A stretch of DNA of 60,832 nucleotides, filler included, from Sphacelaria rigidula (taxonomy: Eukaryota), in assembly GCA_964200075.2 (NCBI GenBank). It is 8 parts of 8 records of this genome, joined end to end, with 100 filler letters (N's around TTAATTAATTAA, not from the genome) between each part and the next. Parts side by side here need not be neighbours in the genome. Positions count along the whole stretch, not along the records: positions 22,854 to 30,369 come from CAXNAA020014546.1; positions 30,470 to 37,985 come from CAXNAA020014547.1; 6 more parts are not named here. One strand, 5' to 3'. Positions 23,525-36,214 of this stretch are shown here, in pieces (the first letter of the stretch is position 1; each line of letters opens with the position of its first letter). The notes beneath the pieces were generated by a model, which was given only the letters and a program-made list of their open reading frames with translations, was not told the origin of the DNA and made no database searches. The translations under genes were made by a program, and so were the position numbers.

Positions 23525-24974
23525 GATCCCAAGTCATCATCCATAATATCACTATATACTCAACGTGATGTCGTGATTTCGTCACATCTCCAGTGTAATA
23601 ATAAACTGCTGAGAGTTAATACAGAAATAACTAAAGCTGCTGAATCCTTTGTGCCACATAATGGGTTGGGTCCACATAGCTGTCTGATCTTAACTGACGC
23701 AGATGTATGAAACTGATCAGGACTGCGGACTCCCCTGTCTTGATGTGTCAGCTGCGTTTTCAGCAGACCCAATAAACATTATTCAAGACTTCTGTCACTC
23801 TATTCCAGACAGCTACGTTGAATCCCCCCATTCTAGGGCACGTAGACTCTACCAGATGTACTTATTCATGAATGAACCTTGGCCTTTCATTATCTTGGAG
23901 ACCAATACGCCAGCCTCTCTCCCACTGAGTTAAAAAAAACGTATATGCCATGGAGATGAAGCACTCACAAAGATCAGACCCGCGCACCCATGATCCATAA
24001 ACCAGCTGTGAACACGCCTACTACGCGCTGTTCCGTTCATATACCTGACCCAAGGTGACGACGGTGATCAGAGTCTGCACACCGCAAAAATATGTCGTCA
24101 TCGATAGTCGCGTTGTCCGTCTACGGTTTTTAGATATGCCATAATATGGTCACACGTTCTCTAGTGAGAAATCTGCGTAGTTTTTACGGCAGTATTAGGA
24201 TTATGTTCGTCAGGTGCACGAGGCGAACGCGCGTTAGGCATCATGTAATTTTTTCACTCTCACTGTTCGATTCAGAGGTGGCTCCACAGATATGTGGTCA
24301 TTTGTGGTTTCCAATTTTGGCCGTCCCGTTCAAGAGCAGTCGTATAGGTCTTGTTCCCGGTTCAAGGATGGTCGTACGAGACATTTGCTCCCGCCGTCCG
24401 ATTTAGAGATATTTCGGTACGTTTACGTGAGTTAGCCAATTTCTATGGTCAACACATGCTTGCTACTCATTCAGCTTCAACGCTAACCCTCTCCTTGACA
24501 CCAAAAGAAAGCATGTCGAGTACCCTCAGGCACGGGGGGGGCAAAGGGCCTTCTACCCAAAGTGTTCGTCGACAGCTAGAGTTTGACGGCGCCTACCGAT
24601 TTGAGCAGAACACGTACGCACCCTGGCGAGCACTTGCGACTGTGAGCCCGCATAAGATCCAGATATGATGGTCCACGTTCAAGGTATTTTTCATCGATGG
24701 AATGAAACCAGGATTTATTCAACCGTAGAAATTGTCGATCGATTCCCGTAAACTCTCTTGTGATCTGAAACTTGTGCTTTAGAGATTGCTCTGCTTCGCA
24801 TCACACTTCCAATTTTCCTATCCTTTCTTACATTGGAATGGAATGGAAAAGGGACAACACAGACAGACGCCCCCAATGAAGAAATGCAAGCACGGCATAC
24901 AAGCAAAAGAAGGGACGAAAAAAGAGTAAGGGCCATAGATTGACGATGACATTCTTTCGCGCATCGCACCACAG

Positions 24975-25764
24975 AAATTCCATACATTATCGTTCTAGTC
25001 CGAGTGAGGTCCGTCCACGTGCGCAAGGGTGCGCAGGAAGTCGGAGCTGAGACCGGAGTCGTCGCTTGGCAAGTTCCCGCTAGGTTCCCCCCATCTATCC
25101 CTGGCCACTACTGGTAGATCCGTCTTGACGTACATATACGACACGTATCTCCCGGAATGCCAGTGGGCATCGAACGCGGCAAACGCGCTAGTGCCACCCC
25201 CAGTAGTGCAATTGTACTTGAGCCATTTCCACTGCAAACGGAACTGCGTGACGTAGAGGGCGCCCACCCAGATGAGTTACACAACCGAGACCGAGGAGTA
25301 CTCTGCGCCTGAAGAGAGGATCTCGGACGCGTCGGGGGGAACGCCAACGACTGCGTTGACGGCAGCAGGCAAATTCCATACATTATCGTTCTAGTCCAAG
25401 TGAGGTCCGTCCACGTGCGCAAGGGTGCGCAGGAAGTCGGAGCTGAGACCGGAGTCGTCGCTTGGCAAGTTCCCGCTAGGTTCTCCCCATCTATCCCTGG
25501 CCACTACTAGTAGATCCGTCTTGACGTACACATACGACACGTATCTCCCGGAATGCCAGTGGGCATCGAACGAGGCAAACGCGCTAGTGCCACCCCCAGT
25601 AGTGCAATTGTACTTGAGCCATTTCCACTGCAAACGGAACTGCGTGACGTAGTGGGCGCCCACCCAGATGAGTTACACAACCGAGACCGAGGAGTACTCT
25701 GCGCCTGAAGAGAGGATCTCGGACGCGTCGGGGGGAACGCCAACGACTGCGTTGACGGCAGCAG
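24975..25764 (+). repeat. Near-identical 396-bp tandem duplication
   Basis: Copies at 24975-25368 and 25371-25764, with about six substitutions visible. Confidence 0.97.
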
Positions 25765-26597
25765 CACTCGACGAAATAAATAGGAGGTCGGGGGCGTTGA
25801 TAGCCAAGGAAGGCAGGAAATTCCAGAAACACATGTCCGATGGGATGATTCCGCATGAAGGACAAACTCCCGCCCCGGGGTAAGAAAAGTCAAGATAAGC
25901 ACCCCCCAAAAATAAATCAACCACGGCGGCCTGCAGAGGTCTACTGTTTCCGTGAGGAACCAGGAAGATAGCTGGGTCACGCAAAGCCGCAGATTGCTCG
26001 GGCGTTATCGTCCGCAGGCTGTGGTCGTCTACGGAGCAAGTAACGTGACGACTCCACGAGATTCCTACAGATTCATGCGTAAGCAAAACCAGCTAGAGGT
26101 TGCTGGCGCGTGTCCGACCAGTTCGCTGGCACGTGAGGCTTGCGTCTTTGGCCAATGACTTCGAACACGCTCGCCGTGTCGCCTATTTGATCACCGCTTC
26201 CGGGTAAACCGCCATCTGACATGAAGAAGTCGCGCGCTTCCGCCAGCTTCACCTGGTGAAGGTTAGTTTGCATTTGGGAGAGTTGGACGATGAAAGAGAG
26301 CTACGTAACCGAATCAATCCCAGGGCGGTTGGATTCAGGAAGTGCGATTTAGTGAAAAATCTACCCGGCCAGTCAGAAACGAAGGATTCGTCCGGTCGGT
26401 CAGAATAGAACCGCAGAATTGCAGAAGGCCATCTGCAGAAGGCCTTCGGTGCACCTTTCCTAGCTCCGTTGCCTCTTTAGGGCCAAGCACTTTTGACCCA
26501 TTGACTCTTTGGGGCTCTGAGGGCGTGTCTTAGCACTCTGAAGTGACAAAAAAAGTTTTCCGTAAATCTCTAATATCACCCAAGATAATGCTCGTAA

Positions 26598-27043
26598 AAA
26601 CACGAGATCTTACAAATTGGAGATGGATTTTTTATTGGGGATGAGAAACCCGGAGAATTCAAATCTTCGTATCGACACCAAATCTTCGAAACATGGTTCC
26701 ATTTCTTCGCCTACTGATAGCTATTGACAACTGCTACACACCATACAAATTTGGATTTCGATAACCAAAACGTTGGGTTCCTAGGTGAAAAACCAATTTT
26801 GGGGAATTCCGGGTGTCCGAACGGACGCCAAAATGGTTCCGAAATTGGTTTTTGACCTAAGACCCCAACATTTCGGTGGTCGAGATCCAAATCTCTATGG
26901 CGTGTAGAAGTTGCCAATAGCTATCAGCAGGTGAAGAAATGGAACCATATTTCGAAGATTTAGTGTGGATACGAAGGTTTTAATTCTCCGGGTTTCTCAT
27001 CCCCAATAAAAGATCCATCCCCAATTTGTAAGATCCCGTGTTT
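26598..27043. mobile_element. Foldback MITE with ~200-bp inverted arms
   Basis: AAACACGAGATCTTACAAATTGGG...GGTTCCATTTCTTC is mirrored by GAAGAAATGGAACC...CCCAATTTGTAAGATCCCGTGTTT. Confidence 0.92.
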
Positions 27044-29213
27044 AAAGTAGAATTCATGCTCGATTTATGCTCGTAATATCCAACAAGGATGGCATTCTCG
27101 ACCGGACACAGACCCACCGATCACTATATGCATGTTATATATATGTACGAAGAGCCATGTGTAGACTTCTGTCACTCAAGATCAGATTGTCATGTGGGCT
27201 CCCCCCATCACGGGCACATGGACTTCAGCAGCTTAAGTTATTTATGTATTAACCCTCAGCATAGTACAGGAGAACAGGACCATAGCCTCTCTCCACCAGA
27301 GTAGCAAAACCAAGCCTACTCGTCATGGAGGTCACCATCACAGAGTCCGGCAATCAGACCCGCAACTCCACCTACAATGCCCCTGACCTCAGGTAACAAT
27401 AGTGGCTAAGTCTACACATGCTACGATCATGCATGTTATACATGTATATATATACGGAGATCCATGCTACGGTGGGGGGGGGGGTTCGATTCCACAAGTA
27501 AATGTTCTCAGAAATGTATCGAATGACCTACAACACTCGCGGTGCTTGTATTCGGGTAAAAGCGGTGTAAAGCAGTATGAATGAGCATTCTTCATCGGGA
27601 GCAAGCGCGTTCGAACAGCTGTTGGCTACTTTCATCGGCGATTGAAGTGGAGTTTCGTGGAAGAACCAGTCTCACATTGAATTTGTGCAGACCCGCCGGT
27701 CCTACCAACACCATTTTTGAATCCGCCCGCGCACAACAGAGCCGGCACACTATTTTTGAACACACCCACCAAAACAGAGCAGACATACAGGGCATGCCAC
27801 AGCACGCACACCCACAACACAGCTCACACGCACGCATACACTGAGTAACCACCACTAGCTAGCCGCAAGAGCAACAGCAGCAGCAGCAGCAGTACTGTAG
27901 TACGAAGACCGCCGTTGAACTTATTGCATACGCTTCACGCGCCTAGCAGGCAACTGAACCATCACGTACTCATGTGTGTTTCGATCAGATGTTGTGTGTT
28001 CGGATCGAATGTGTTCCGTGAAGGTATTGATTGATCTGATTGATTGATTATCTCACATTATTAGCTAATTGCATCAATCCAGCACGTGGTCAGGAGCAGC
28101 ATAGCATATTCCAGAGACAGTACAGCCAACTGAATTACGTACTCTTGTGTGTTGGGATCAATTGTTGTGTGCTTGGATCAATTGTTTTTAGTATTTCGTA
28201 CAGACAGTACCGCGTAGCATTGCTCCAAATCGCAGACAGTAAGTAGTAGTAGACAGTACCGTGCGCTATACAGACAGTACTGTGTAGGACGGTGGCATTT
28301 ATTTCACTGAAGGCCGTGCCATGAGCACAAGTAGCTTTTACCATCAGGACGACAGCAGATGGTTTGCTGATGTCGCCATCGAAAGGGTTTTCAAGACCGC
28401 TCTTCTTGTCCCCGACCACAACACACCAACACAATGAACGCGACGAAGGACAGAGAGACAACGGCGAACACACCCGGAATCGAGGGCGAGTGAAAAAATA
28501 TATTCCTGGACCCACCCTCACTTTTTTCCATTTGGGGCCGATTGGAGGGGGGGCGGAGGGGGGGTGTACTCATGATCATGCATGCCATAGTCATAAGAGG
28601 GGGGGGGGGGGGGGGGGGTAGCACTGTTGGGACCGTGTCCGGGCTGGGAGGTTCCGATTTTATACTCAATCCTATATCCCCAATGCAACCAAGCTCAACC
28701 ACAAGTTACTTGGTTTTGGACTGGGTTGAACGGGGGAGAAGAGTCAATTCACTTGCAGAGCACACTCAAGCACAAGCAGCGGAAAGCAAAACAGCAGTCG
28801 CGGTCTCGGCAAGTCTTGGCTTGGTGTTGGGCTTGAAGTACGCTGTGTAAGCGAACATAAACCGCTTGATCCATTACTTGATACAACCTGATCATGAATC
28901 CTGGCAAATCCAAGTGAGTAGTGAGTCAGATGACAAGAGTTCGGCACCTAAACACAAGAACAAGCAGAGCCAAGGACTTTTCGCAAAAACGCGGCGAGAT
29001 TAAAAACTGAAACCGTCAAAAACGCGGTGGGGGGAAACGGGTTGATTGAGTTGGGGCAAAATATCGAGGCGAGGGAAGGGGGCAATTGGGACGAACCACA
29101 AACCCTTCACCCGTCTCTGACCGCAGCAACCACTGCAACGGCCGCATTAGTGTGGCTGAGGGGGTGTAGCCGGAGGATCTGCGTTATTTATTCGACATAA
29201 TCATTTTCACGTC

Positions 29214-29310
29214 GGGCTGTGAACTGGACCAGTTTGTACTGGTAGTTAAACTGGAACTGGAGTTTAACTGGAACTGGTGATGAGGATTCTAGTTTGTCCA
29301 GTCTATTTAA
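29214..29310 (+). mobile_element. Left end of a hAT-like MITE with AACTGG subterminal repeats
   Basis: GGGCTGTGAACTGG followed by repeated AACTGG. The matching opposite terminus CCAGTTCACAACCCT is at 33333-33347 in another contig. Confidence 0.55.
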
Positions 29311-30369
29311 AGTTTGCCGTTACCGGCTATGTTTTTACCGTTTTTAGTATGGTTCGTTCATGACAAAGATGCTCACACGATTACGAACAAAATGACAATA
29401 ATAGGATTGGGGTCTGCACCTGACAACAGTACAGGTACTCACAGTACAGTGCAGTACTCGTGATCACCACACCTTGAAGTGATATTTCGGATATATGCCA
29501 GGTATGTCGTTTCATAGCACAACATACAACATACATCTGGAATCAAAAATAGCACACAAACGGTAATCCGCGACCACAAAATACAAAGTACACCATGGCA
29601 TGCAATTCAACTGCATGCGTGCTTGTGGGTCCGGACGTCAATCATTTTGTGCTCATATCTCCGCGTGTGGCCAGCCTTGGCTTGTTTGCATCCTCCTCTC
29701 CTCACGGAGAGTCTGCTGCTGCATATTACAGATGAATGGTTTAGGAATCGCTCACCGATTTGAATGGGATTTGAATGTCATACGAGATTGCCCGATAAAA
29801 AATAATCCGAGAACCTATGCCGCTTTTTTGCAATCCTGGAGTCTCTCGGGTGGGGGGGGGCGAGGTACTGAATCTTATACATGATTTAAAATAAGAAAAA
29901 TTAAACTATAACGAAATTAAATTAAATTAAATTAAATAAATAGTATATAAAAAATTCAAATTCGTGTTCATGGAGGTTTAATTTCTCGCATACCTTCGGA
30001 GCTAAGGCCAAGTTATATATAGGGGTTTCGGCAATATATTGCTCGTCACACTTCCACGACAATAACAAGACCAGACAAATACCACAATGCTCTGCAATGC
30101 TTGCCCAATCAAGCTAGACACAACTATCTATACCGTCAATTTGCGCCCGATGTGCGTCGCATCTTGTGGTGGCAAATAGGGCCAACAACCATGGGCACTA
30201 CCTCACACAAGTCGCCCCACAATGGCTATTTATTGACTGTTTCTCAATGTGAAGAAAAACGAATCTTGCGACCGCCGCAGGGGGGGGGGGGGGGGGACAT
30301 GGGATCTCGGAGGGTTTTTCGTCGGGGGCTCTTGAGTCCCCCCACCCTTTTAGCTCCTCAATGGGGGGG

Positions 30370-30469
30370 NNNNNNNNNNNNNNNNNNNNNNNNNNNNNNN
30401 NNNNNNNNNNNNNTTAATTAATTAANNNNNNNNNNNNNNNNNNNNNNNNNNNNNNNNNNNNNNNNNNNN
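30370..30469. other. Artificial contig spacer
   Basis: 44N-TTAATTAATTAA-44N. Confidence 0.99.
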
Positions 30470-32321
30470 CAAAGCCATATCTCAACGAGAAAGATGAGTT
30501 GGGCCGTGATCCGCATATCGTATTAATCGTCTAATCAAGGGGAAGGTGCCCATCTGCTCAAAAATCTGGGCCAATTTTTTCTCATCGAGTAAACCTCATG
30601 TATAGTGATTCCTATACCTAGCGGAGATAGCATCCACACTAAAATCCATATGAAAGCCTAAACGATCGATCAAGCGGATGATGACGATTTTTGGTGTGCA
30701 CCTTCCCTGGAGCACGGGAGACGATAAATACCCTCACTTTCACCTAATTCGTTATCTATCTCGAGAAATGGCGCACGTAAGGTTGCATACTAAAATCAGT
30801 ATATTACGAGCAGAGGCACTAGATGACCTAAATCTGAATATCGCGTCTCAGTTTTTGAGAGTGATGTTATGAAATTTGGTATGGAGAACCGCTAGTGCAT
30901 AATGAAATATAAAAATACAGCTTTTTCGGGGGTTTCTCGGTTTTTCCTCATCTTTTTTCTTGTTTGTTGGGGGGGTTTGAGGAGAAATGAACATTGCTCT
31001 TGGGCCTTATCTCAATTTTGAAACTTGGCATGGAGAACGACAAAGGTATACTGAGCAAAAAAAGGGGCCTTCATTTATTTATTTTTTAATGAGAGGTTCA
31101 GGCGTTCTCGAAAAAATTATCGTTACCATACTAAAATGCCCTCAATCAGTGAAAAAATATAATAAAACCCAACCTCCCCCATTTTTCTTGGTTCATCACG
31201 ACCTGGCAAGGTCCCGTACAAAGTTTCAACCCACAAACACCAAACGTGGGCCGACAAACGGCCTGCAAAATACTGTTCCGAATTTCCGCCGCCTCGGTTT
31301 TTCAAAGGCTGATTCGCAAAAAAAAAATTGGAGTTGGAAAGTGAAATTTGGTATGGACAATCAACAGGGCATGAAGAAAAGCTATCTGTGAGATCCCGTC
31401 GATTTTTTTTTTTTTCGTGAATTAAGGGCAAAAATCAGTTTTAAGGTTTCAGTAAAATGCCCTCAACTCACGAAAAAAAAAAAAATCGTTGGGACCTTAC
31501 AGACAGCTTTTCTTCATGCCCTGTTGATTGTCCATACCAAATTTCACTTTCCAACTCCAAAACAAAATTGCGAATTCGCCTGCAGAGTACAAATCCGCTT
31601 GTAGGCTGGCCCAGCCTGTACTGAAATCTAGTAGTTTGCGGTTTCACCGTGGCACGGCAAGGTTCATCGCACAAACGCGAAAAACGTCACGCCATCTCGA
31701 GGAGTTAAACCCTGAAAATTGAATCTAGGTCCTGATTTTTGCCATTAACTCGCGAAAAAAAGTAGAAATCTGCACGTCCAGATCGACAGCTTTTTAGCAT
31801 ACCCCCTTCTTCATCTGCACCAAATTTTTAAAGTCTAACTCACAAAATTGAGGTGAGACGAGGTCTGCACACCACAAATTCGCGTCTAGGCCGGCCCAGC
31901 TGGTACCTTTTCTAGGCCATTGCCCTAACAAAATGTCAGCACCACCTGTATATTTTCTTTATGTCAGTCTCGTGTGGCATTGGGGCACACTTTTGTATCG
32001 GTGACGCACCGCACCGGAGGATACTGTTGTGCTGCGGTGCGGAGATCGTACCCCCTCGGCACTTGGCAAGCGTGCTAAGCCATTTCACAGAAGTAAAGTA
32101 GTATGGCCGAGCACATAAAAATCCCCTCACCACACGTGCAAGGATTGAGATGCGATATTTACGCGATTCGCCGGCATTTGGAACTCGCGCGAGTCTGAAA
32201 AACACGCCTTGAGCAAAATAGTGCTGCGTGGAAGCTGCGAGCAATCAACCATATGTTGTTTAAATAACAGCACCTCGAAATCAGGACTTTTCCATTGCTA
32301 TTATAGTACCAAAAGGGTTAA
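30470..32321. mobile_element. Non-autonomous piggyBac-like element (right part) with internal hairpin 31328-31560
   Basis: Ends in AAAAGGG-TTAA and has recurrent GAAATTTGGTATGGA motifs and ~93-bp inverted arms. A related segment appears reversed at ~48490-48556. Confidence 0.6.
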
Positions 32322-33347
32322 ACTGGAACTGAAGCTGAGCTGGATTTGGCGATGAGGGCGCCAGTTGACCAGTTCATTTGTTTATTTGAAGTTTTCCCTC
32401 ACCAGCTATATTGTTTACCGATTGTAGTCTGGGGCAGCTCCACGGTATTCCTAGCCACGTTTGTGAGAGTTTTCGACTTCAATACATTGGTTACCTCATT
32501 AGGAGCCCAAAAATTGAGAAAGGTTCGTATACACAACATTGATGAAGTCGGATTCGGGCGGGGGATGTATGGTGGTGCAGCGGTTTTGGCCCATACGATG
32601 CACATGGCACACAAAGATCAGTCGACACCGGGGTGGTCTCCACCGTATTGGCTTGTTACACACAAGTAGCGATTCACCTAGACACACGAACACGCCAATA
32701 GGACGTGTTAACATAAAAGTATTTATCCTCGCCCCCCCATTTCTTCCCACGCGAGGATGAAGTCGTTCTACTCCCTCTCTAGACACAAAAGGGGTGCTAT
32801 CTACTGTTTACGCATACGTGGGCATTTTCTGACGAATAGCGATGCGCCCCAACACGCGGGGGCATCTTCAAAATGTATTAACCACATATGATTTCCTTAT
32901 AACCAACCCCCTTCTCCCCTCATACATTTTTCCGGGGATGAAATAACGCGTCCCCTCGCTGAACAATCTCAGCGAGAAGGGGGTGTTATCCTACGTTTGA
33001 GCCATTCGCGGCCGAACAAAAAATCTGAACAAGTAACCGCTACCAACGGAAAGCGTACAATCTAGCCTTACTAGTAATGAGTGTCTTTTTTCTCAACAGG
33101 ATTACAGACACCACGGGGAAAGGTTTGAAGGGAAAACAAGCCATATATATATTTTCCCTCCAGCTGCGCTCCAGTGGGGCACCCTCACCAGCCGGGGGAG
33201 GGGCGTTGGAGCCGGCGGCTTTGTCGCTCGCCGTCGATATCTTTCCCTTTAATCGGCCAAGCCGATTAACTGGAGAAACATTGATCAACTGCCCACTGGC
33301 GTGACCAGTTTAAATTTCACAGACCAAAGCCCCCAGTTCACAACCCT
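32322..33347 (+). mobile_element. Remainder of the AACTGG hAT-like MITE
   Basis: Starts ACTGGAACTG directly after the TTAA and ends CCAGTTCACAACCCT. Confidence 0.5.
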
Positions 33348-35000
33348 TCACATGTAGATCTGCTGGAAAGGTTAAAGACTGAAACCTGCTACATGTCTTT
33401 CACAGTCAGTACAGTACAATCTTCGTACTGGACTGACTGTACTCTGGTGTCCAGTGTATGATACCACGTTTTTGCCGTCTGTAGAAGAAGTAGTGTTTTT
33501 TTCCGAGAACGTGAAGATTCATTGGGTTGTTGGAATAATCGGGAATCCGGCCGAAAAAATAACTGGGTGCACCAAAGAGCGGGAAAGTGCGACAGAATCC
33601 TCTTGGGAACGTGAGGTGAATTTTTCAGAGGAGGTCCAATCCGCCAAGGCCCATATTCCGCCAAAAATCTGTAGTGGATCGCTCAAAAAAGGGGCATTTC
33701 TCCAAGAGCCCGTTTTCCGACCGTGAGAAGCAGCCTGAAAGGGGAAGTGCGCTGACTGGTGGGACAGTACTGTACTCGTGTGTGTCGGTTACAGTACTAT
33801 ACATACTTCCTCTCACTTATTCCGCTCTCCGGCCCTTGATACGCGGAGAGAACCATTGCACTGTACTGTGGGCATACGATAAACGGACATGGCAATCACG
33901 TATGTCGAAAATACGGGGACGGAAGCTCGTCTCAGTGGCTGCTGGGAACATGCAGATTTGCCCCAGGTCGGCGACAGTGAGCGATGTCCAACACATACTT
34001 TGTTGTCAAACCATGAGCTTCGCACAACGCAGGCAGGCAGGCAACCCTCTCGGGCAAGGAAGGTGCATGCCTTTCCCTCGGCATTGTGTGCGTTGTTTAG
34101 GAATCCAAATCGACACCTGAGGCAAAACCTGTGCTGTGCACGCTGTGCGCAAGCTGAACGACCACTTGGAACTGTGAGCCCTGCAAAAACGAAAAATCCG
34201 ATTGTAATGGCCTACACTAAAATGACTCATTCAATCATCGCATATTTTCCCCGGGCTGAGGTAAAATTCACTCGTTTGAAAAACGATGCAGCGCCAGGAG
34301 CAGCGGTCCCTCACAATGACGGCATGCTGGTCTGTCACGATGGGGGGTTGGGTGTACTCATGACCTTGAAAGCCGCTGTAGTCATGAGACCATTGACCTC
34401 ACATCCCTACAAAGCCGGGACGGACCACGCCGGATTTTCGCCGGACCAGGCTCACAATCAATCACCAAGCGTGAAGCGCTGCCATGTGTTCGGCGAGTCG
34501 AATAAAGGGTCAGCTGCATCCTGCCAAGATTGGTCAGCCCGAAGCGTACTGATTGTCTTTCATTCGGATGACAGTCTACAATGAGCTTTCTGTTATCGGC
34601 ACTTTCAGAGACAGCCACCGGTTACACGCTGCCTCATGGGTGTCTCGCCATTGAAACACCAGGTAGTACGATCATCCCCTTTGCGCGGAGTTCGGGTTCT
34701 CCACCCAGCACAGTATGATCTAGTCCGACCACCATCATGGTTACCGCAAGAAAATCACAAGCGCCAAAAAAAAATGGCAACCTGGTTGCCTAGCTTACGC
34801 AGTGAGTGGTGTATGGTACAGCGTCGTTGCCATCCGACGCCAACCCCATGGGTGGGGGAAGGTAGGGGGGGGGGAGGATCACGAGAGCGACGACAAACTC
34901 CGCCCGCTCTCGTCTTGCGCACTAGTCTCAGTCTGCTCCGAATCATCGACCAAATTTTGCCCTTCTTGTTAACGTACATGATCAATCGTCCTTATCCCAG

Positions 35001-35443
35001 ACGGAAAGACGAGGGATGACGTGGGTTCACGCTCCGTCCACTACGGGACGCACCAAGGGGAGCGACAGAGATGGCTGGAAGAAGAAGCGAGAAGGCTACG
35101 GGATGTCATGTACGGTACAATGTCCCGAAAAAACTCGTCGACGACCAGGGCGGGTAGGAACATGACCAGGGACCGTCGACGTACCGCAGCGCCAGTGGGT
35201 GAGACAGAGGGGGCGGGTGAGGGACGTATGGATTGGGAGCTAGACTTTGCTCCTGTGGATGGTCGGGGGGAGAGCGGTGGTGGTAAAGGAGGGGGTGCTG
35301 TTAACGGGGCTTATGAGGAGCGATGGCATCGCTTGCGCATGGGCGCGGAGCTGTGGAATTCCACGTACGTTCCTCCAATCGCTCCGGAGGAGAAACGCAG
35401 GCTCGTCGACAAATGGTCGGGTGTGAATGCTAGCAATCGTGAG
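35001..35443 (+). CDS. Internal exon of an unknown protein
   Basis: Acceptor CCTTATCCCAG|, open frame GKTRDDVGSRSVHYG...WLEEEARRLRDVMYG...YEERWHRLRMGAELWN...NRE, donor GAG|GTACG. Confidence 0.75.
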
Positions 35444-36214
35444 GTACGGTGATGTGAGGTGATTTCATCTAGACGCGAAAACACTCGAAATGCTTGCAAT
35501 AGATGAACGCGGTGTTTTTTCTCGTGTTCATTTCGAGTGCAACACGCGCCAAGGAGAAAACCCGCGGTCAAATATGCAGTTGTGGTATATATATATATAT
35601 ATATATCTGTTGGGTCCAACCTGACATACCGTTTTGTAGTATGTATGTAGAATTGTAACGGCGCTGTTATCATTCATGTCCACAGCGAAGTCCGTAGTCC
35701 GTGTACGAGCTGGGCCAGCCACGAGTGAATCTAGTGAATCTCGCTCAGGCGACGCACGGCGCGATATTAGGAGTTGGACGCTGAAATTTTGACAGCAGCT
35801 TTTCATGATCGAAATGCAAAAGATCACGGGGTCAGCAAAGAAGAAAAGAAAAAAGAAGTTATGGGCATTTGAAATTTCAGCAAGAACAAAATAATGTCAT
35901 AAGTCCAGGAACAAAAGGAGAATTTGCAGCTGGACTTGTGAAGTATCGGTTCCTTGGGTGCAAAAGATGTTCCTGAAATTTCAGCTCAGGACTCGTCGAA
36001 TTGGGCCGTGCGTTCAACATTTTCCGTGACGCTGCTGCACCCCTATAAAGCAAGTGATAGGAAACCTCAATTGTAGAGGTCATGAGTTCGAATCCCGACA
36101 GATTCTCTTTTTTTGTCGACCGTCGTTAAGGTCATATATTATGCAGTACATTTTTTTTTTTTTTTCCTTCAGCGGCAGTGCCGTGTGTCACCAGGTTGGT
36201 CTACACTTCATAGT

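Noticed and set aside
25268-25335. Hammerhead ribozyme in the 396-bp duplication (CTGAAGA-GAG..CTC; CAGATGA-GTT..AAC)
   Set aside because: The required GAAA after stem II is absent (GGAC/CGAGA instead), and there are no convincing stems I and III.
33889-34584. 231-aa ORF, or an RCC1-like 'LVSVAAG' motif
   Set aside because: No supporting domain context. Part of it overlaps an interspersed repeat also found (reversed) at ~45408, and the adjacent sequence at ~34604 recurs at ~53352.
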